Source: Camelus dromedarius
Taxonomy: Eukaryota
Length of the DNA: 64,000 nucleotides
Direction: 5' to 3'
NCBI RefSeq assembly: GCF_036321535.1
Contig: NC_087437.1
Span: forward strand, 5,456,001-5,520,000
A program made the position numbers and the translations under genes. This document shows, piece by piece, positions 1 through 13,600 of this stretch. A model generated the notes under the pieces. That model saw nothing but the letters and a program-made list of their open reading frames with translations, was not told the DNA's origin and did no database searches. Every line of letters starts with the position of its first letter. Within the stretch, counting starts at the first letter, position 1.

Positions 1-1047
1 ACACAAGGTGAAAGAAAAAAAACCTCTTCTCTCTTCACCCTTAAGTTCCCATAATTACTAATGGGCTGTGCGCATCTGTTTGGCACCAGGCAACATCTCA
101 GAGCTGGGAATCCCATTGGACACCACCAGCCTCACTTCCTGTTCTGCAGTCATTTCCTTAGCGACCACCCAACATCCAGCCTTGCAAAGCTATGAAGTCA
201 TCGCAAGGAAGGCGGGGCCCTCTGACGTGGATGTGTGCACTCCCTTGCGCTGGCTGTGAGTGTGGTGTCCAACATGGCAAGTATCACCATGCTTCCCTCT
301 AAAACCTAAACCATCCCTTGCCGTAGCGCCCTGTGCAGTTTGGGAACCTCCCATATAGGGACTCGCTGTGTCATGGCTCAAAAACGTCACACAATTGCAT
401 CATCTCCTCCTTTGCTATCAGAACCCCTCCTAGCCTGACTTCTCTCTGACTCTCACAGAACATGCTCACAGACCCATTTCAGCATCTTCACTTGGAACTT
501 TCCCGGCACGTCTGGATGAATACACCCCAAAGAGAATGCAACATCCTGCCCTAAAGCCTGTCCTTCCTCCTGGGTTTCTGCGGGTGGTACCACTGCCCTC
601 GATCTCATCCAGGCTCCAGACGCCAGGTATCAGCCTCCTCCTGCCACCATTCTCACCCTTGCAGCTAGCGGGGTGCCAAGCGCTGGGGACACTTCCCATC
701 CCGCCACTGCCTCCTCCGGACTGTCGGCAGCCTTCCTCTCCCCCGGCTCCCCTGGTCTCTCATCCACCTGATGCCTAGCATCAGTGTTTGCCAGGTCCAC
801 CATTCTGCACACACAAGTGGCTCAAAGAGCAGAAATCACACCTGCTGCCCAGCTTGGAGTCCTCAGCCTGGACCTCACCCACCCTCCCTCCTTCCCAGCC
901 CTGCAGCCTCTGCTCCCTGCACGTACCCTGGAACCGGGCTGGGCTGAGCCAGTGCTGTCCTGCCTACACAGCAGGCTTCCAGACACCCTTCCTTTACCTC
1001 CACTTGACCCCCCGCCTGACACCCCTTTCCCTGCCATCTCCACCTTT

Positions 1048-1494
1048 TGTACTCAGGTCAGAGACACAGAACCAGGAGGATAGCGCGCACGTGCGCGTGT
1101 GTGTGTGTGAGAAGAAATCTACAGAGATCTATGGAGAGGGAAGTCAGGGCAGATTTGTTTAAAGGACTTGTTTTTGGGCTTGGCAGCTGGCCAGTCCAAA
1201 ATCTACAGGGCCGAATAGCAGCCCAAAAACCCAGGGAAGTGGTGATGGCAGACCCGAGTCCCAGGGCTGCCTAGAGGCAGAAATCCCTCCTTACTCCTCG
1301 GGAGACCGCAGTCCTTTCTCCTAAGTCCTCGGACTGGCTGGACGAAGTCCACTCATATTACGAAGGGTGACCTGCTTTACGAATTCAAACGTTAATCACA
1401 TCTTTCAAAATCCCCCGCAGCATCACTTCCACTGACTGCCATTTGAGCAGAAACCGCCGCCTAGCCAACCTGATACGTACAATTAACCATCACG
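1048..1494 (-). mobile_element. MLT2-family (ERVL) solo LTR
   Basis: Minus strand begins (c)gtgatggttaatt; opposite end ggttctgtgtctctg...taca with the internal TG/GA microsatellite typical of MLT2. Confidence 0.85.
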
Positions 1495-1509
1495 CCCTCC
1501 CTCAGCACA

Positions 1510-2250
1510 TGTCCAACTGCTGGGGCACCAAAGTGAACCAGGGGACACAAAACAAAACAGAACAAGAACAGCCCCGCCCTCACGGACCTTAATTTCAGGA
1601 GCAGAGAAACAGATACTAGACACATTAAAAATAATGAATGAAGTTTTCATCTTAAAAGCACATCACGTAAAGACACGTGAGGCAGGGAAGAGGGATCGCA
1701 AGTACAGGGGAGGAGGCGCAATTTTAAAGAGCCCTCAGGGCAGAATTCCCCTGGAAGGTGACAGTGAGCAAGATCCCAAGGAAGGTGACAGAGCAATAAG
1801 GGGGCAGGTGCCACTGGCATGGTGGCCGCAGGTGCAAACGGCCGGAATGTCCCGGAGCTGCCCAGGTAGGTGGGGCCGGGCAGCCGTGGTCAGGATTCTG
1901 GCTTTGTCCCAAGTGAGATGGGAGCCCTCAGGTGGTTTCCAGCTCAGGGAAGACATAATCACTCTGACCCTGGGAAAAGGGAAACCAGATGGTGATGAGG
2001 AGGGCGCCGCAGCTGAATTCTGGATACGTTTTGAAGGCAGGCAGTGGGATGGACTGGTGGTTTGGAAACAGGTCATGAGAAAAAGAGAGCACCCTAGACG
2101 CTTCTAGGGTCTGTGACCTGGGAGGCTGGGGCGGCCCTGGGAGGGGCAGCTGGACAAGGAGAGACGGAAGTTTGCTTTGGATGTGTTAACTCCGTCCAGG
2201 TGGAGGTGGTGTGGACCAGTCCTGAGTTCAGGGGAGAGCCCTGGGGCTTT
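1510..2250 (-). mobile_element. Degraded L2 LINE fragment
   Basis: L2-like motifs (cagccccgccctcacggacctt, tctggatacgttttgaagg, gtttgctttggatgtgtt). Confidence 0.6.
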
Positions 2251-3833
2251 GGGGATGGCCTCGTCCTCCCAGGGACAGCAAACTTCTCGAAGGCAGCCAC
2301 ATCTCTTTTGTCCCCAACAGCAGCTATCCCGATGCCCTGCCCCAACAATGGACAATAAGTACCTCCTCCATCAACATTCTTTGGGAGTACGACAGGTGCC
2401 TATCATCCGGGACGTTTCTGGATGGAATATTAGCCTGTCACCCTCAAGTTCACCCTCCTAACAGCACAGCATAGCATACGGCTCTCAAGCCGGACCACTA
2501 GCTGAGTGACCACCAGGAAGCCACTTAGCCTCAGGGTTCTCAACTCTGAAATGGGGATAACCGCAGAACCCACCTGTAGGGGGAGAACTAAATACGAGAC
2601 TACTGGGCAGGGCTTGGAAGAGCCCAGGCACCCAGAGAAAGCTGCCTACGTGTTAACTGTTGTCAGCACCAGCACTAGTGTGACTTGTTCTCCAGTATAA
2701 AGACTCCTGTCAACCTGACATCATTACACCACACTGAATGGTGCTCATAAAGTGTCCCAAGACACTGGAGAAGTCCCGAAAGACCTCTCTAAATTAAGGA
2801 AGTATTTACATGAAGAGTCTGATGTCCTGTACTCTGTATTTCTGAAATTCGGTTACACCTGATACGGCCGTGTTCCATCAACCAGAGTCTGCGATGCATC
2901 TGATCTTTTCTCATTCGACTTCATGGATAAGGTCTATTATAAACATTTCTCCAAATCTGGGGAATTTGGGAGTTCTTCCACAAAACTTGAAGGCTTCCCC
3001 AGCAGTACTTCCTCGGGGTGAAACACTAAGTAGGGAGTTCACACACACACACACACGAACAGAAACTGATGATCCTCTGCAAAGAATAAATGCCGTCCAT
3101 CCAGGGGCATCTGGATGGGCCAACGGGATATTTCAGTTGTAAAAGCCAAACCAAATTGTCAGTGATGTGCAGCCGGCTTGCTGCTTAAAAAAGTGTGGAA
3201 ACAGCCAATACAGCCTCATAAAGTAACATAAGAATTGATGAGTCTCAAACATGCTGGGCAAACAGAGCTGATGCTGACTCCCCAGCCCTGATGGGTCTGG
3301 GGGTCCCTCTCCTCTGAACCGACCCTAAGTGGTGGACACCGTGGAGGAGGGGAGAGCCGAGCACCCTCCCCACCACCATTCACCACCAGGCATGATGCTG
3401 CGGGCCCTCCAGCACCCCCAACCCACGGGGACAGGCCAGACCCAGGAAAACGCCCAACCAGCTCGCAGGTGCCCCAGACGGTGTCTCCTCCACCTCAGTC
3501 TTGGCAGGTAGCCATCACACATACAATGCAACCTGATTTTCTAGCTCTTTGGTTCTGGCCCCGCTGAGAGCGATTTTTCTTCCTGAATTCCACCCAGGTA
3601 GGGAGTAAGTCCCACAGATGCATATTTAAAAGCTGAACAGAATTCTTATTTGGAGAGCGAGGAATTAACAGGACTCAAGCCGTGGCCAGAGCTTGCCAGC
3701 GTACCGATCTTTTCAGAGAAAGCATCTTGGTAAAATACACGGTGATGATAACGAAAGCCCCTCTGGGGGCCCAGGAAAAAAGGGAAACTCAAACTGATGT
3801 CAAAACCTGAATGTGAATGGGAGGGAAAAAAAT

Positions 3834-3843
3834 CACACACACA

Positions 3844-3879
<36 letters not shown>

Positions 3880-3890
3880 GACACACACAC
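3834..3890. repeat. (CA)n microsatellite, imperfect
   Basis: Directly visible. Confidence 0.95.
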
Positions 3891-4009
3891 CTTTAAAAGG
3901 TAAACATAAAAGAAATGTCTGGCTACATTTATCTCTTTGTCAGTGAAAAATAGCCAAGAGCGTTGCCAATTCTTAAGCTGAAGGGAAAAAGAGATGTGCT
4001 TACTGTCGA

Positions 4010-4222
4010 GTAACACCATCAAACAGAACTTCCAGCGAGGATGAAAATACTGTACATCTGTCCTGCCCGACTCGGCAGCCAACAGCCCCATGTGGCCTTA
4101 GAGCCCCTGAAAGGTGGTCAGTGAGACTGTGGAACAAAATTTTTTACTTTATTTCATTTTAATTCATTCATACTTAAATGTAAATAGCTACATGTAGCTG
4201 GCTACTGTACTGGACAGCTCAG
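4010..4222 (+). mobile_element. MER3 hAT-Charlie MITE
   Basis: Follows the recalled MER3 consensus (agaacttcc...gatgaaaat...tagctacatgtagctggctactgtactggacagc). Confidence 0.8.
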
Positions 4223-4401
4223 AGACAGACACTCAAACCAAACAGCTGGCAATGTCTTTCTTTCCCTACAATAAAATGACAGTCATCATCAACCAATAAC
4301 ATCTTAAGTTGTCACCAAAATGCATACCTCTGTCTAGGCCTCAGATCTCAGAAAGCTTAAAACAAAATGAAAAAGAAAAAAGACTTAAGAAAGTGATTCC
4401 A

Positions 4402-5392
4402 AATACACAAACAGCTCATACAACTCAATAACAAAAAAGCAAACCACCCAGTGAAAAAATGGGCAGAAGACCTAAACAGGCATTTCTCCAAAGAAGACAT
4501 ACAGCCGATAAGCACATGAAAAGATGCTCAATACCGCTAATTATCAGAGAAATGCAAATCAAAACTACAATGAGGCATCACCTGACACCAGTCAGAATGG
4601 CCATCTTTTAATAAAAGTCCACAAATGATAAATACTGGAGAGGGTGTGGAGAAAAGGGAACCATCCTATCACTGTTGGTATGATTGTAAATTGGTGCAGC
4701 CACTATGGAAAACAACATGGAGATTCCTTAAAAGACCAAAAACTTAACCCAGCAATCCCACTACTGTGCGTATTTCTGCAAAAGAGGAAAACTCCAATTC
4801 AAAAAGATACATGCACCCCAATGTTCACAGCAGCACTATTTACAATAGCCAAGACATGGAAGCAACCTAAGTGTCTACCAACAGATGACTGGATAAAGAA
4901 GCTGAGGTATATTTATACAATGGAATACTACTCAGCCATAAAAAACAATAAAGTAATGCCATATGCAGCAACAAGGATGGACCTAGAGATCGTCATACTA
5001 AGTGAAGTAAGTCAAAGGGAGAAGTGCAAATATCATACATGATATCACTTATATGTGGAATCTAAAAAAATATATATACAAATAAATTTATTTACAAGCC
5101 AGAAACAGGCTCAAACATAGAAAACAAAAGTACGGCTACCAAAGTGAAGGGATAAATTAGAAGGAGTTTGGGATCAGCAGATACAAACTACCATGTATAA
5201 AGTAGATGAACAACATGGTCCTACTGTACAGCACAGGAAGCTCTTTTCAATATCCTATAATAACCTATTATGAAAAAGAATATATATATATGTATAAAAA
5301 ACTGAATCACTATGCTGTACACCAGAAACTAACATTGTAAATCAACTACACTTCAATAAACAAAAAAAAAGAAACTTTTTATTAAATTAAAA
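4402..5392 (+). mobile_element. 5'-truncated young L1 (ORF2 C-terminus and 3' UTR)
   Basis: ORF2 peptide [22 protein letters not shown]...YYSAIK; A-rich tail; 15-bp TSD aaga(a/g)agtgattcca at 4387-4401 and 5393-5407. Confidence 0.95.
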
Positions 5393-5564
5393 AAGAGAGT
5401 GATTCCAGGGTGCCATTTCTTGCAACTCTGTTCCACCTCTCCAGTTAACACTTCTATTCTACGATGGCTTCATGCATCTGGAAATCTGTGCTTGCAGATG
5501 GAATCTGCATTTGCAAAACCAGAACATCCCAATCTCTTCCCTTAATGTCTAGGAAACATGAAAA

Positions 5565-5742
5565 TGTGAACTCAGGGCAAGTTACTTAACCTTGCTAAGT
5601 GTCAGTTTCCTTAAGGCCAAAATGCATATAATAACAGTATCCGCCTTTCACAAGGACAACACTCAGGAACTTCACGCAACGTGCTTGACAGCGCCTGGTG
5701 AGGAGTGGGCACTTGGCAAGGGAGTAGCTATGATTATTATTT
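5565..5742 (+). mobile_element. MIR SINE
   Basis: MIR core gggcaagttacttaacct...cagtttcc and 3' end tagctatgattattatt. Confidence 0.75.
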
Positions 5743-6764
5743 TGCTAAGAACAACAGTAAAATCTGTAATAAAATAAGAACGGTGCTACTAGAATGAAAG
5801 TTCACAGTTGGCACAGTTTTCCTAACACTTTGGACCTCTTTCCCAGGCCACAGTAAAATATGTCTTGGGGTCCTGACATCTCAGCCCTCCCTGTCCCCCT
5901 CCTGAGAGGCAGTCACCCAGAGGGGTACTGAGAGTCGCAGGACTCATTCGGGGCCCCTGCTCTGTGGCAGGCGCCGTACTAGGCTGTGGGATGAGGAGAA
6001 CAGTCCCCCACACACAGCCCAGTGTCTTAGGACTCAGTCCTATTTGTCATCTGACCCCACTGAGACCCACCGGCGAGATGCAAAAACTTCATCCTGGGGA
6101 CCCAATCAGGCAGGAGGCTCAATTCCTGTTTCCTGGATCAGCCAAACCAGGTCTGGCTACTGGTCCACTGACAGGGACTAAGGTGTAAGGGGACCCCAGG
6201 GGGAACAGCCCATGTTCTCTGCCAGGACAATAAGGGGGTGTTGACAGGCCAAAACACTTGGACAGGAGAGCTGTTCTTAGAGCCTTCAAAAACCTCAACT
6301 CTGATCTACCTCCCAAAGCAGACATCACCACTTTCAACAACCAGCTGCACAGGCCGGTGAGATCCAACAGGAATCTCCACCAGGTTCACAGAAACCAGAC
6401 CAACAGGCCAAAAATCCCCCAGGACTTTTGAAGCAGAAGTTTCGTGGAACTTCTTGAGGGTTATTTTTCTTTATATAGAAAGCACTCAATCTTCTTTCAT
6501 AATCAAGGGTATGTTCCCCTGTGGAATTCCCTTCTCTGAAGATCTCTAAAAATAAAATATTTGTCTGATTGTCTGCAATAATTTAAGAGTAAACCCATTT
6601 CCTGGAAGAGTCAGGGACCTTTCTCAGCTCCTCCACCTATGGAAACAACGTGATTCAGATGGTTTTGGGTGGTCCCAATTTCTGGCCCCCTCTGGCCCCG
6701 GAAGAACACTGGTCGACCACGCTCCTGACTTTGGGAGAGGAAAATCAGTGGTCGTATCTGGAAT

Positions 6765-7590
6765 CTCACATTTGGCTTCTTTGCTGGTGGGAGTGCAAAA
6801 TGGTACAACCACGCTGGGAAAAAGGTCTAACAGTTTCTTATAAGGTGTACATACATCTTTTTTATGCCCCAGCAACCCCACTCCATTCACCCACGAGACG
6901 GGACAGCGTATATCCCCAGAAAGACTTGTACACAAATATTCATCACAGCTTCATTCACAGTCCCCTACCCCCAAACCTGAGAATAACTCACATGTCCATC
7001 AACAGGGGAATGCAAAAACACAATGTGGTAGAGACCTAGCCTGGAATATAACCTAGCAATTGAAAAAAAAAAAAAAAAAAAAGACCAAATGACTGGTACT
7101 TAAAACATGGATAAATCTCTAGGAAGTTCAAGACCAGTCTAAACGAACTTGGAGTGAGAAACAACCAAAGCAGCCGGTTGCCACATAAGGGGTCGGGGCA
7201 GGGACTGACTGGGAATGGGGGTGAAGGAACTTTCTGGGGGTGACAGCTACATTCTCTATCTTGATACTGAGGTTACACAGGTGCACGCGTCTGTCAAAAC
7301 ATTATGCAAATGTTACTCTCAAGGTTTGCACATTTCACCATATGCATATATGTATGTATATATAAATTCACCCTATGTATAAATTTTACCTTAGGAAAAT
7401 CATGTGCATAGATTGAATAATAAAATGTGTGCTGAAATGTTTCGAAGTGATCTGGACCAATGTCTGTATTTTAATTTAAAATACATAAAACAATAATGGT
7501 CAGGTGTATAATAAAGCCAATACTGGAAAATCACAGAGTCTAGATATGGGTATTTGGGTGGTCAATGTTCTCGCCACTTTTCTGTATTTT
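6765..7590 (+). mobile_element. Old L1M 3' fragment
   Basis: tgctggtgggagtgcaaaatggtacaaccacgctggg...aaagacttgtacacaaatattcat; L1M-type 3' UTR. Confidence 0.85.
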
Positions 7591-8777
7591 TTAAAACAAG
7601 ATGGGCAGGGAAAAGCGTTCCAGTGCCCTCTCCTCAGCCCACCAACTTAGCAATTGAGCAAGACACCAATGACCACCAAGACATGGGTTCCTTTAATTTC
7701 AATTCTGTTTAAAAGTTAGGACTGGAAGAACACAAGTGGCTTTACAGGAACTCCCATCACTCATGCCAAAGATTTTCTGCCTGCTTCCCTACAGACAAAG
7801 CAATTATTTGAACGGAAGCCAAAAATTCCTGCTTAAGAGGGAGAAAAAGAACTCACTGACTTGTACCCCCAATTTATTCCCTTTCAATTCTTGCACCAAA
7901 TCTATTAGCTCACTGCACCCCACTTCCATCTGCCCCATGTCCATGCAGCCAAAAGACAAACAAAAGAGAAACCAACCCAGTGACTTGCTATACAAAACGC
8001 AGCCAGTGAATGACGTCCCAGCTCTCTGGCCAGAAACCCCACCAAAGGCAGAAGAGGAGGCAGAGCTCCATCCGAGGTTAAAGTGATTTCACTGAGGTTA
8101 GCACACACGCAGCAAAGAGCCCCAAACAGCCTGCTGCTTAACCCTTCTGTGGGATGGTGACATCTGGGGTCACTTGAACTTGGTGGGGAATTCAGCTGTT
8201 CAGAGGGACAAATTAGGAATCCCTGCCGCCAGGGGACACGTGGGGTGTAGGGCACGCCCCACCCACAGGCCCAAAGGTCGCTCACATTACGCCTGTCCTT
8301 CCGCCTGGCAGGGCCTCACTTATCCTGAGATGACACAGGATAGCAGGGACTGGAAGACTCCTGGCAGGACTGCACCCAGCATCTGAAAACAGCTGTACTA
8401 ATTACAAGAAGAGACTGTTGCTGGGAACCGGGGCAGCCACTCAAATGCAGGGATTGGTGTCAGACTTATTTTTTTGTTTAATACTTTTTGTTTGTTTGAA
8501 GCCCCCTAAGGAACTCACAGACACCATCGAGGGTGCCTGGGATCAGCCACAACGCACAGGGCAGCAATCAACAGGGAGGCAGCGTGCCCAAGGAGTGCAC
8601 CTTGGCCTCCACGCCGTTCTCGCGGTTCTCGCTACCAAAGACACTCTAGGTCAAGGGCACAGCCCTGGCCCAGGAGGGGGCTGTGCATGGCGGGCCACCA
8701 GGCTTCCAGAAAGAAACGCCGCCACCACCCCCGCCCTGACCCTGGAGCCTAGGAAAGTGGATGAGGACGAGGGGGAA

Positions 8778-8806
8778 AACAACAACAACAACAACAACAA
8801 AAACAA
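8778..8806. repeat. (AAC)n microsatellite
   Basis: Directly visible. Confidence 0.9.
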
Positions 8807-9229
8807 CCCTACAGAGGGAAATGCCCGTTTTCAGGGCCGGGGACTTCCCGTGCCCCGAGTCTCTGGGCGTCCAGTAGCCCTGTCGCTTCCTCTGAACGCG
8901 CCGCAGGTCTGTTCCCGCCCATCCAGCACCCCTGCCCCGGGAACAAGCCCCTGTCCCAGGGCGCACATGGAAGGGCCGGGAGGAGTCTCCACCCCACCTC
9001 ACCCCAGCCCACCCCAGCCTCGCGCCCTCCCGAACCTGGACTCCGCGGCCAGCCTGACCTTTGCCGAGCACCCCAGGCAGCAGTGTCCTAGACCCACCTG
9101 TAGCCTCGGAGCTTCCCTCCGCTTCCTTCCTAGGCGTCCTCGAGCATGAGGAATCCACGATCCCCAACAGACTGCTCTGAGGTGCCTCTCCCCATAGCGC
9201 GCCAGATATGATTTTTTTTTTAACCAAAA

Positions 9230-10060
9230 AGTTGGCCCAAGACCCCTGCGTCCCATGGCTCCGGGCCCGACCCCATCCAATCCCGGCCGGGGGCGCGGGG
9301 GACCGAGGAAGGTGGCCCTCGGGCAGCCCCGGCGCCTGGGAAGCACGCCGAGCCCCGGCAACCTGCAGGGAGGCGCCCCGTGGGGCTCCCCCTGCCCGCC
9401 GGGGTCCCGCTCCGCCGGCGCCCGCCTCCGCCCCAGTCCTGCAGGCGCGCACCTACCGTTCTGGACGAGCCGAGGAGAAGGCGCGGGCGCGGGCTCCCGG
9501 AGACAGCGTGTTCCGTCCCGGGAGGAAAGTTTGTGCCATGCAGAGGCGGCGGCGCGGGGAAGGCGTGGGCGCCGGTGGGTGGGGACCGGGGAGGCGGCGC
9601 GGCGTGCTCGTGGGTCCGTCCCTCCCGCGACTCGTGCGTCCGTCTGTTCCTCCGAAGAGCCCGCGGCCGCCGCGCTCCCGCTCGCTGCGCCCTGAGCCCG
9701 GCGCGCTCCGGCTCCAGCCCCGACGCGCCCCCGTCGCCGCTGCGCGTCCGCCGGCTACACTTCCTCTTCCTCTGAACTCATGTGCAAAATATGCTGCGCT
9801 GCATCTTCGGGGGAGCTGCGCGGCCCCTGACAGCCGCCGCCTCAGCAGCCGGCCCGCCCCGCGCCCGCTCCGCGCTCCCTCCGCGCCGCCGCGTCCACGA
9901 GGCCCGCAACCTGCGCGCTACGCACGCCGCCCCCGCCGCCCCCGCCCCCCGCCGCCAGCGACCCTGGCGGTCCTTTGGCTCGGAGGTCAGAGGCTCGCTC
10001 ACCCACCCACCCTCTCCACCCCTCCTAGCCGAACGCGTGCGCGTCAGGAGCGCGCGTGGG
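9230..10060. promoter_or_regulatory. CpG-island promoter
   Basis: Very high GC and dense CpG, GC boxes (ccccgccc), tandem ETS-type GGAA sites (minus strand GAGGAAGAGGAAGTG near 9758-9772). Confidence 0.93.
9457..9770 (-). other. RFTN1: Probable first (mostly non-coding) exon of RFTN1 (raftlin); TSS approximate
   Basis: Donor AACG|GTAGGT inside the CpG island on the same strand as DAZL. Identity inferred from conserved DAZL-RFTN1 tandem synteny; no raftlin coding sequence is in the window. Confidence 0.7.
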
Positions 10061-10464
10061 GGACTGGGACCCCTCAGAATTGGGGCTGGGGTTCTGAAGG
10101 GCTACTGCCACCAAACTGCTGATGGCGGGGGGACGGGGAGGAGAGGGAGGATCATTAAGAGAGCACCGTTCCTCCGCCCTATTCCACAGGTGGGCCCCTC
10201 CCCAGGCGGCTACTTTATCTGGGAGTTAGTGCTTAGGGAGGGGGATGATGCCACTGTCCCCACCAACTTCAGGCGCCCAGAAGGTTTGAGAAGATCTGGG
10301 GAACCATCTTGGCTTCGCAACTTTCGGCTGCCCAAGGAGACGGTTATATAAATGAAGCGCCAGGCCAGGGCTGCGTTAGTGAAGGAAAAATGGGAGGCAG
10401 TGAACCCGTTATAAAAGTCTTTCTTCTTGGAGCTTTTTAAACAAAGCAAAATTACAGTGTAAGG

Positions 10465-10665
10465 GTCAATAGTGGGAACCCCAGAGCCAAATCCCTAGGT
10501 GGGCCTCCTGGCCTCCATCCGTGTTTTGCATGACTTGGGTTAAGTGACTTAACTGCCCTGGGCTAGCTTCCTCCTTCGTTAAATAGCATTTTCTCATGGG
10601 TTTTACATGTCAAGTGTTTAGAAAAGCACTCTATAACTTAGCTGTTATCCTTGTTATTATTACTA
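10465..10665 (+). mobile_element. MIR SINE
   Basis: tgacttgggttaagtgacttaact core and tagctgttatc...ttattattac end. Confidence 0.65.
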
Positions 10666-13600
10666 AGATTATTAAAAAGGGGTCTACAACAAGACAGCTG
10701 ACATAATCTAATCAATTACCTACATTTTCTGGTTGGGTAAAAAGGGGACCTCAGGCATTGGAGCCACAGGATGGAGAGCTGGTTTAGGCCCCATGAGTGT
10801 TTTAATATTGTCCCTCTGGTACTAATAACGCCCCTCAGGGGGTGAGGAAGCACTGTGTTGTTGTCAGGAATTCCTGGAACCACAGCTTCTCGGAGATTTT
10901 CTTCCTTGTCTGCTTTTTCTCTGGCACCTCCGTCCTGTGTTCCTTCCCCTCCCCCACTATCATTTTGTTTGTATTTTTCTCTTTGCGCCTTTCCCTTTGC
11001 CCCCTACCACTTGCTGGGTTCTCTCACCACCATCACCTCCGACCTCCCTCACCCTCCCCACCACTTAGACTTAGTTTACCAAGTGGAGGAAAGTAACAAG
11101 ACTGGAGGACAGCCCAAGTCCATGTTCAAACAGTATTGTGTGAAGGCAAGTGTCCCATGGTACCAATGAGGGTTTTGAACACCCACCTCTGACACCAAAA
11201 GGAGCCCAAGGCCCTGAGTTACTACATCTGAAATCTTTATGATCCTTACATGGGAGAAAGAAAATAACATTTATAGGTGTTAACCAGACTTTCAAAAGTA
11301 AACACAAGAGTATTTACAAGAAGATAGAAAGGGGGAATGCATCATAACTTGGTGTGTCGGGGGAAGGAAGCTGATTTCTTTTAAAGCAAATCATTTCTAC
11401 TCTGTATGATTTTTGCACATCATTTTTTAAACACCCAGTCCTTGAGATTAATATTATTCTGATTGTTTTCATTTTCTTCCACTCACGATTTTCCTGAGTA
11501 CTAACGGTGTGTAAATGTCTTAAATGTCTTTTTTTTCTCTGCTAGGATCTGCATCTCTTTAGGGTTTCCTAGAGCTCCTGACCTCTCCCCCTAAATATTC
11601 TGATGCTTCCTACCCGGTACATGGTAGGTGTTTAATAAACATGCATGGAGCCACCAGGTGAGTCGTTTTGTCTCCAGATCTTTTTCGGCTCTGGGGAACC
11701 TACATTGAACCATAGGAAGCATTCTGATTGTCTTTCACCTGGACTAGCCAATGAGGAGACGAGGCTGGGTTCATCTGTGTTTGGAGAGGTCGGCCTTGAT
11801 TCTCCACTTGACTGTCGTGGACTGGCCAGCCAGGGGACACACTGGGCCTCACCTCTGACTGACCTCGCCTACCCAGCATCAACCCCAAAGATGCTGGAAC
11901 TGTATCCTGGTGGGTTACCTTGGCAACCTCACAATGTCATCTGTTAGAATGTCCTAGGGCGGCAGCTTTTAATTCTATCACAGCGGTCTCATCGGGGGTC
12001 ATGTAATAGTGCTGTTTTTCCTCTGCTCACACTTTCCCCCTCTATGATTTAACACTAAGTACTCAGGGAGGGAGCCGAACACGGGGCAAACCAAGCTATT
12101 ACAGCCCGACAGGTCACAGATGGCCCCAGAACTGGGCTCCCGAGTGTTTGCGGTCGATAAAACGCAGTCCCCAAGTTAATAGGGAAGCTCACACCCCCTG
12201 TGGAAAGGAGGGGAGTTAAGCCAGCCTAGGCAAGCGTAAGAAGCAGCCGGGGCCAGACTGTACAATTCCTGTAAAAGCTCGGTTACAGGAGCCCCACTGC
12301 TGGAGCAATTCCCTCCCTTGGCCTCAGCTGCACCGCCCCACTCGGGAGATGATGAAGGCCATGGGTACCAGCAGCCAGAGGCATTGTGATGCATCCCAGC
12401 ACCACCGAGGCTCCGAGCAGGAGGATCCCAGTTCCCCCTCTGTTCTGCCCACCTCTTTCCCACCCCCACCCCGCAATCTTACCAGGCTTCTCCCAGTGGA
12501 GCTCAAAATAGCCCAGTCCCCATGATTCTGTAGAGAGCAGTAACAACTTATGCAGAAAACAGACCCATCAAAAGTGACGGAACCTCAAGAGCTACTGACC
12601 TAATTGTTTATTTGCAGGAGCACGGAAACCAGATCTGAACAGCCACACTGCAGGGCCAACTGGAGAGATAAGCAGCCTCGTGAATGCCCTGGAGGTACAG
12701 GAATTATTCATCCTTATCATCACGGTTAATAGTTTAAGTGAGTCTGCAGCCACAGTGAGATCACAGTTTGGCTGGGTGGCTGCTCCATAAGAAAGGGCTG
12801 CAGAAAGCTGGCCCCATGTAGGGTGACCCTCGTTTCTATAAGGAGGTCGGACTTCTGTGCCCCAGAGCCAGTGGTTTGGGAGGAGCCCCCTGCCCTGTGT
12901 TCATTGATGCCCCACTCTGGCAAGTCCCCGACACTCCTGGTCAGAATGGAGTCGGCATCCTCATGCCGGTGTCCAAACACACCTGTGACTGCCTCAGCCA
13001 GGTGGGAGTGTGAACTCGGGTAGGGCAGGGAGCTGGTTAGGATATTTTGCTTCTACGCCTTGATTGGCTGAGGCCAGGGACTTTTGTCCAGAGTGTATCA
13101 AACTGAGACTTGGCAGATGCCACCCCCAGGCAGCGTCAATCTGAGGAGATGTTTGGATGATTGCCAACTGTTCCATTCATCCCAATACAAACAAAAAAAT
13201 TAGTGTTATTCTACTCCTGAATCTGCTCCTCATTTTTACCTCTGAATTCTCAGTCTGTCAGCCCGGCTGTTCCGGGGAGCTGGGGCCCTCCTGTGGCTGA
13301 GATAGGATTTGCTTTCTGGAGCAAAGAGCAGTCGGAGAATAAATTGCAGGATTGTAGGATGAAGCACGCGGCTTTTGGCAGCTTGAGGAAGTCTCTGGCT
13401 TTACCAAAAGCTTTTCATATCCATACCCTTCCCTGGTTATTCCATTCATGGGACATACCTATTAACTTGCATTTGTGAAAAAAGTTTATTACCTGAGGGA
13501 GAAAAAATATGTATACATATGAATATGTAGGAAGCCTATATATTCCACAGATGCCAAAAAATAATAAAATAAAGGTGATTGTGGAAATAACTCATTGAAG

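Noticed and set aside
8418..10351. Long overlapping ORFs (243, 268, 304, 189 aa) around the CpG island
   Set aside because: Pro/Arg/Ala/Gly-rich on both strands with no recognisable domain; expected from stop-codon scarcity in GC-rich DNA.
11942..12545. TG...CA-bounded segment resembling an old ERVL LTR
   Set aside because: No matching TSD and no family I can assign confidently; left unannotated.
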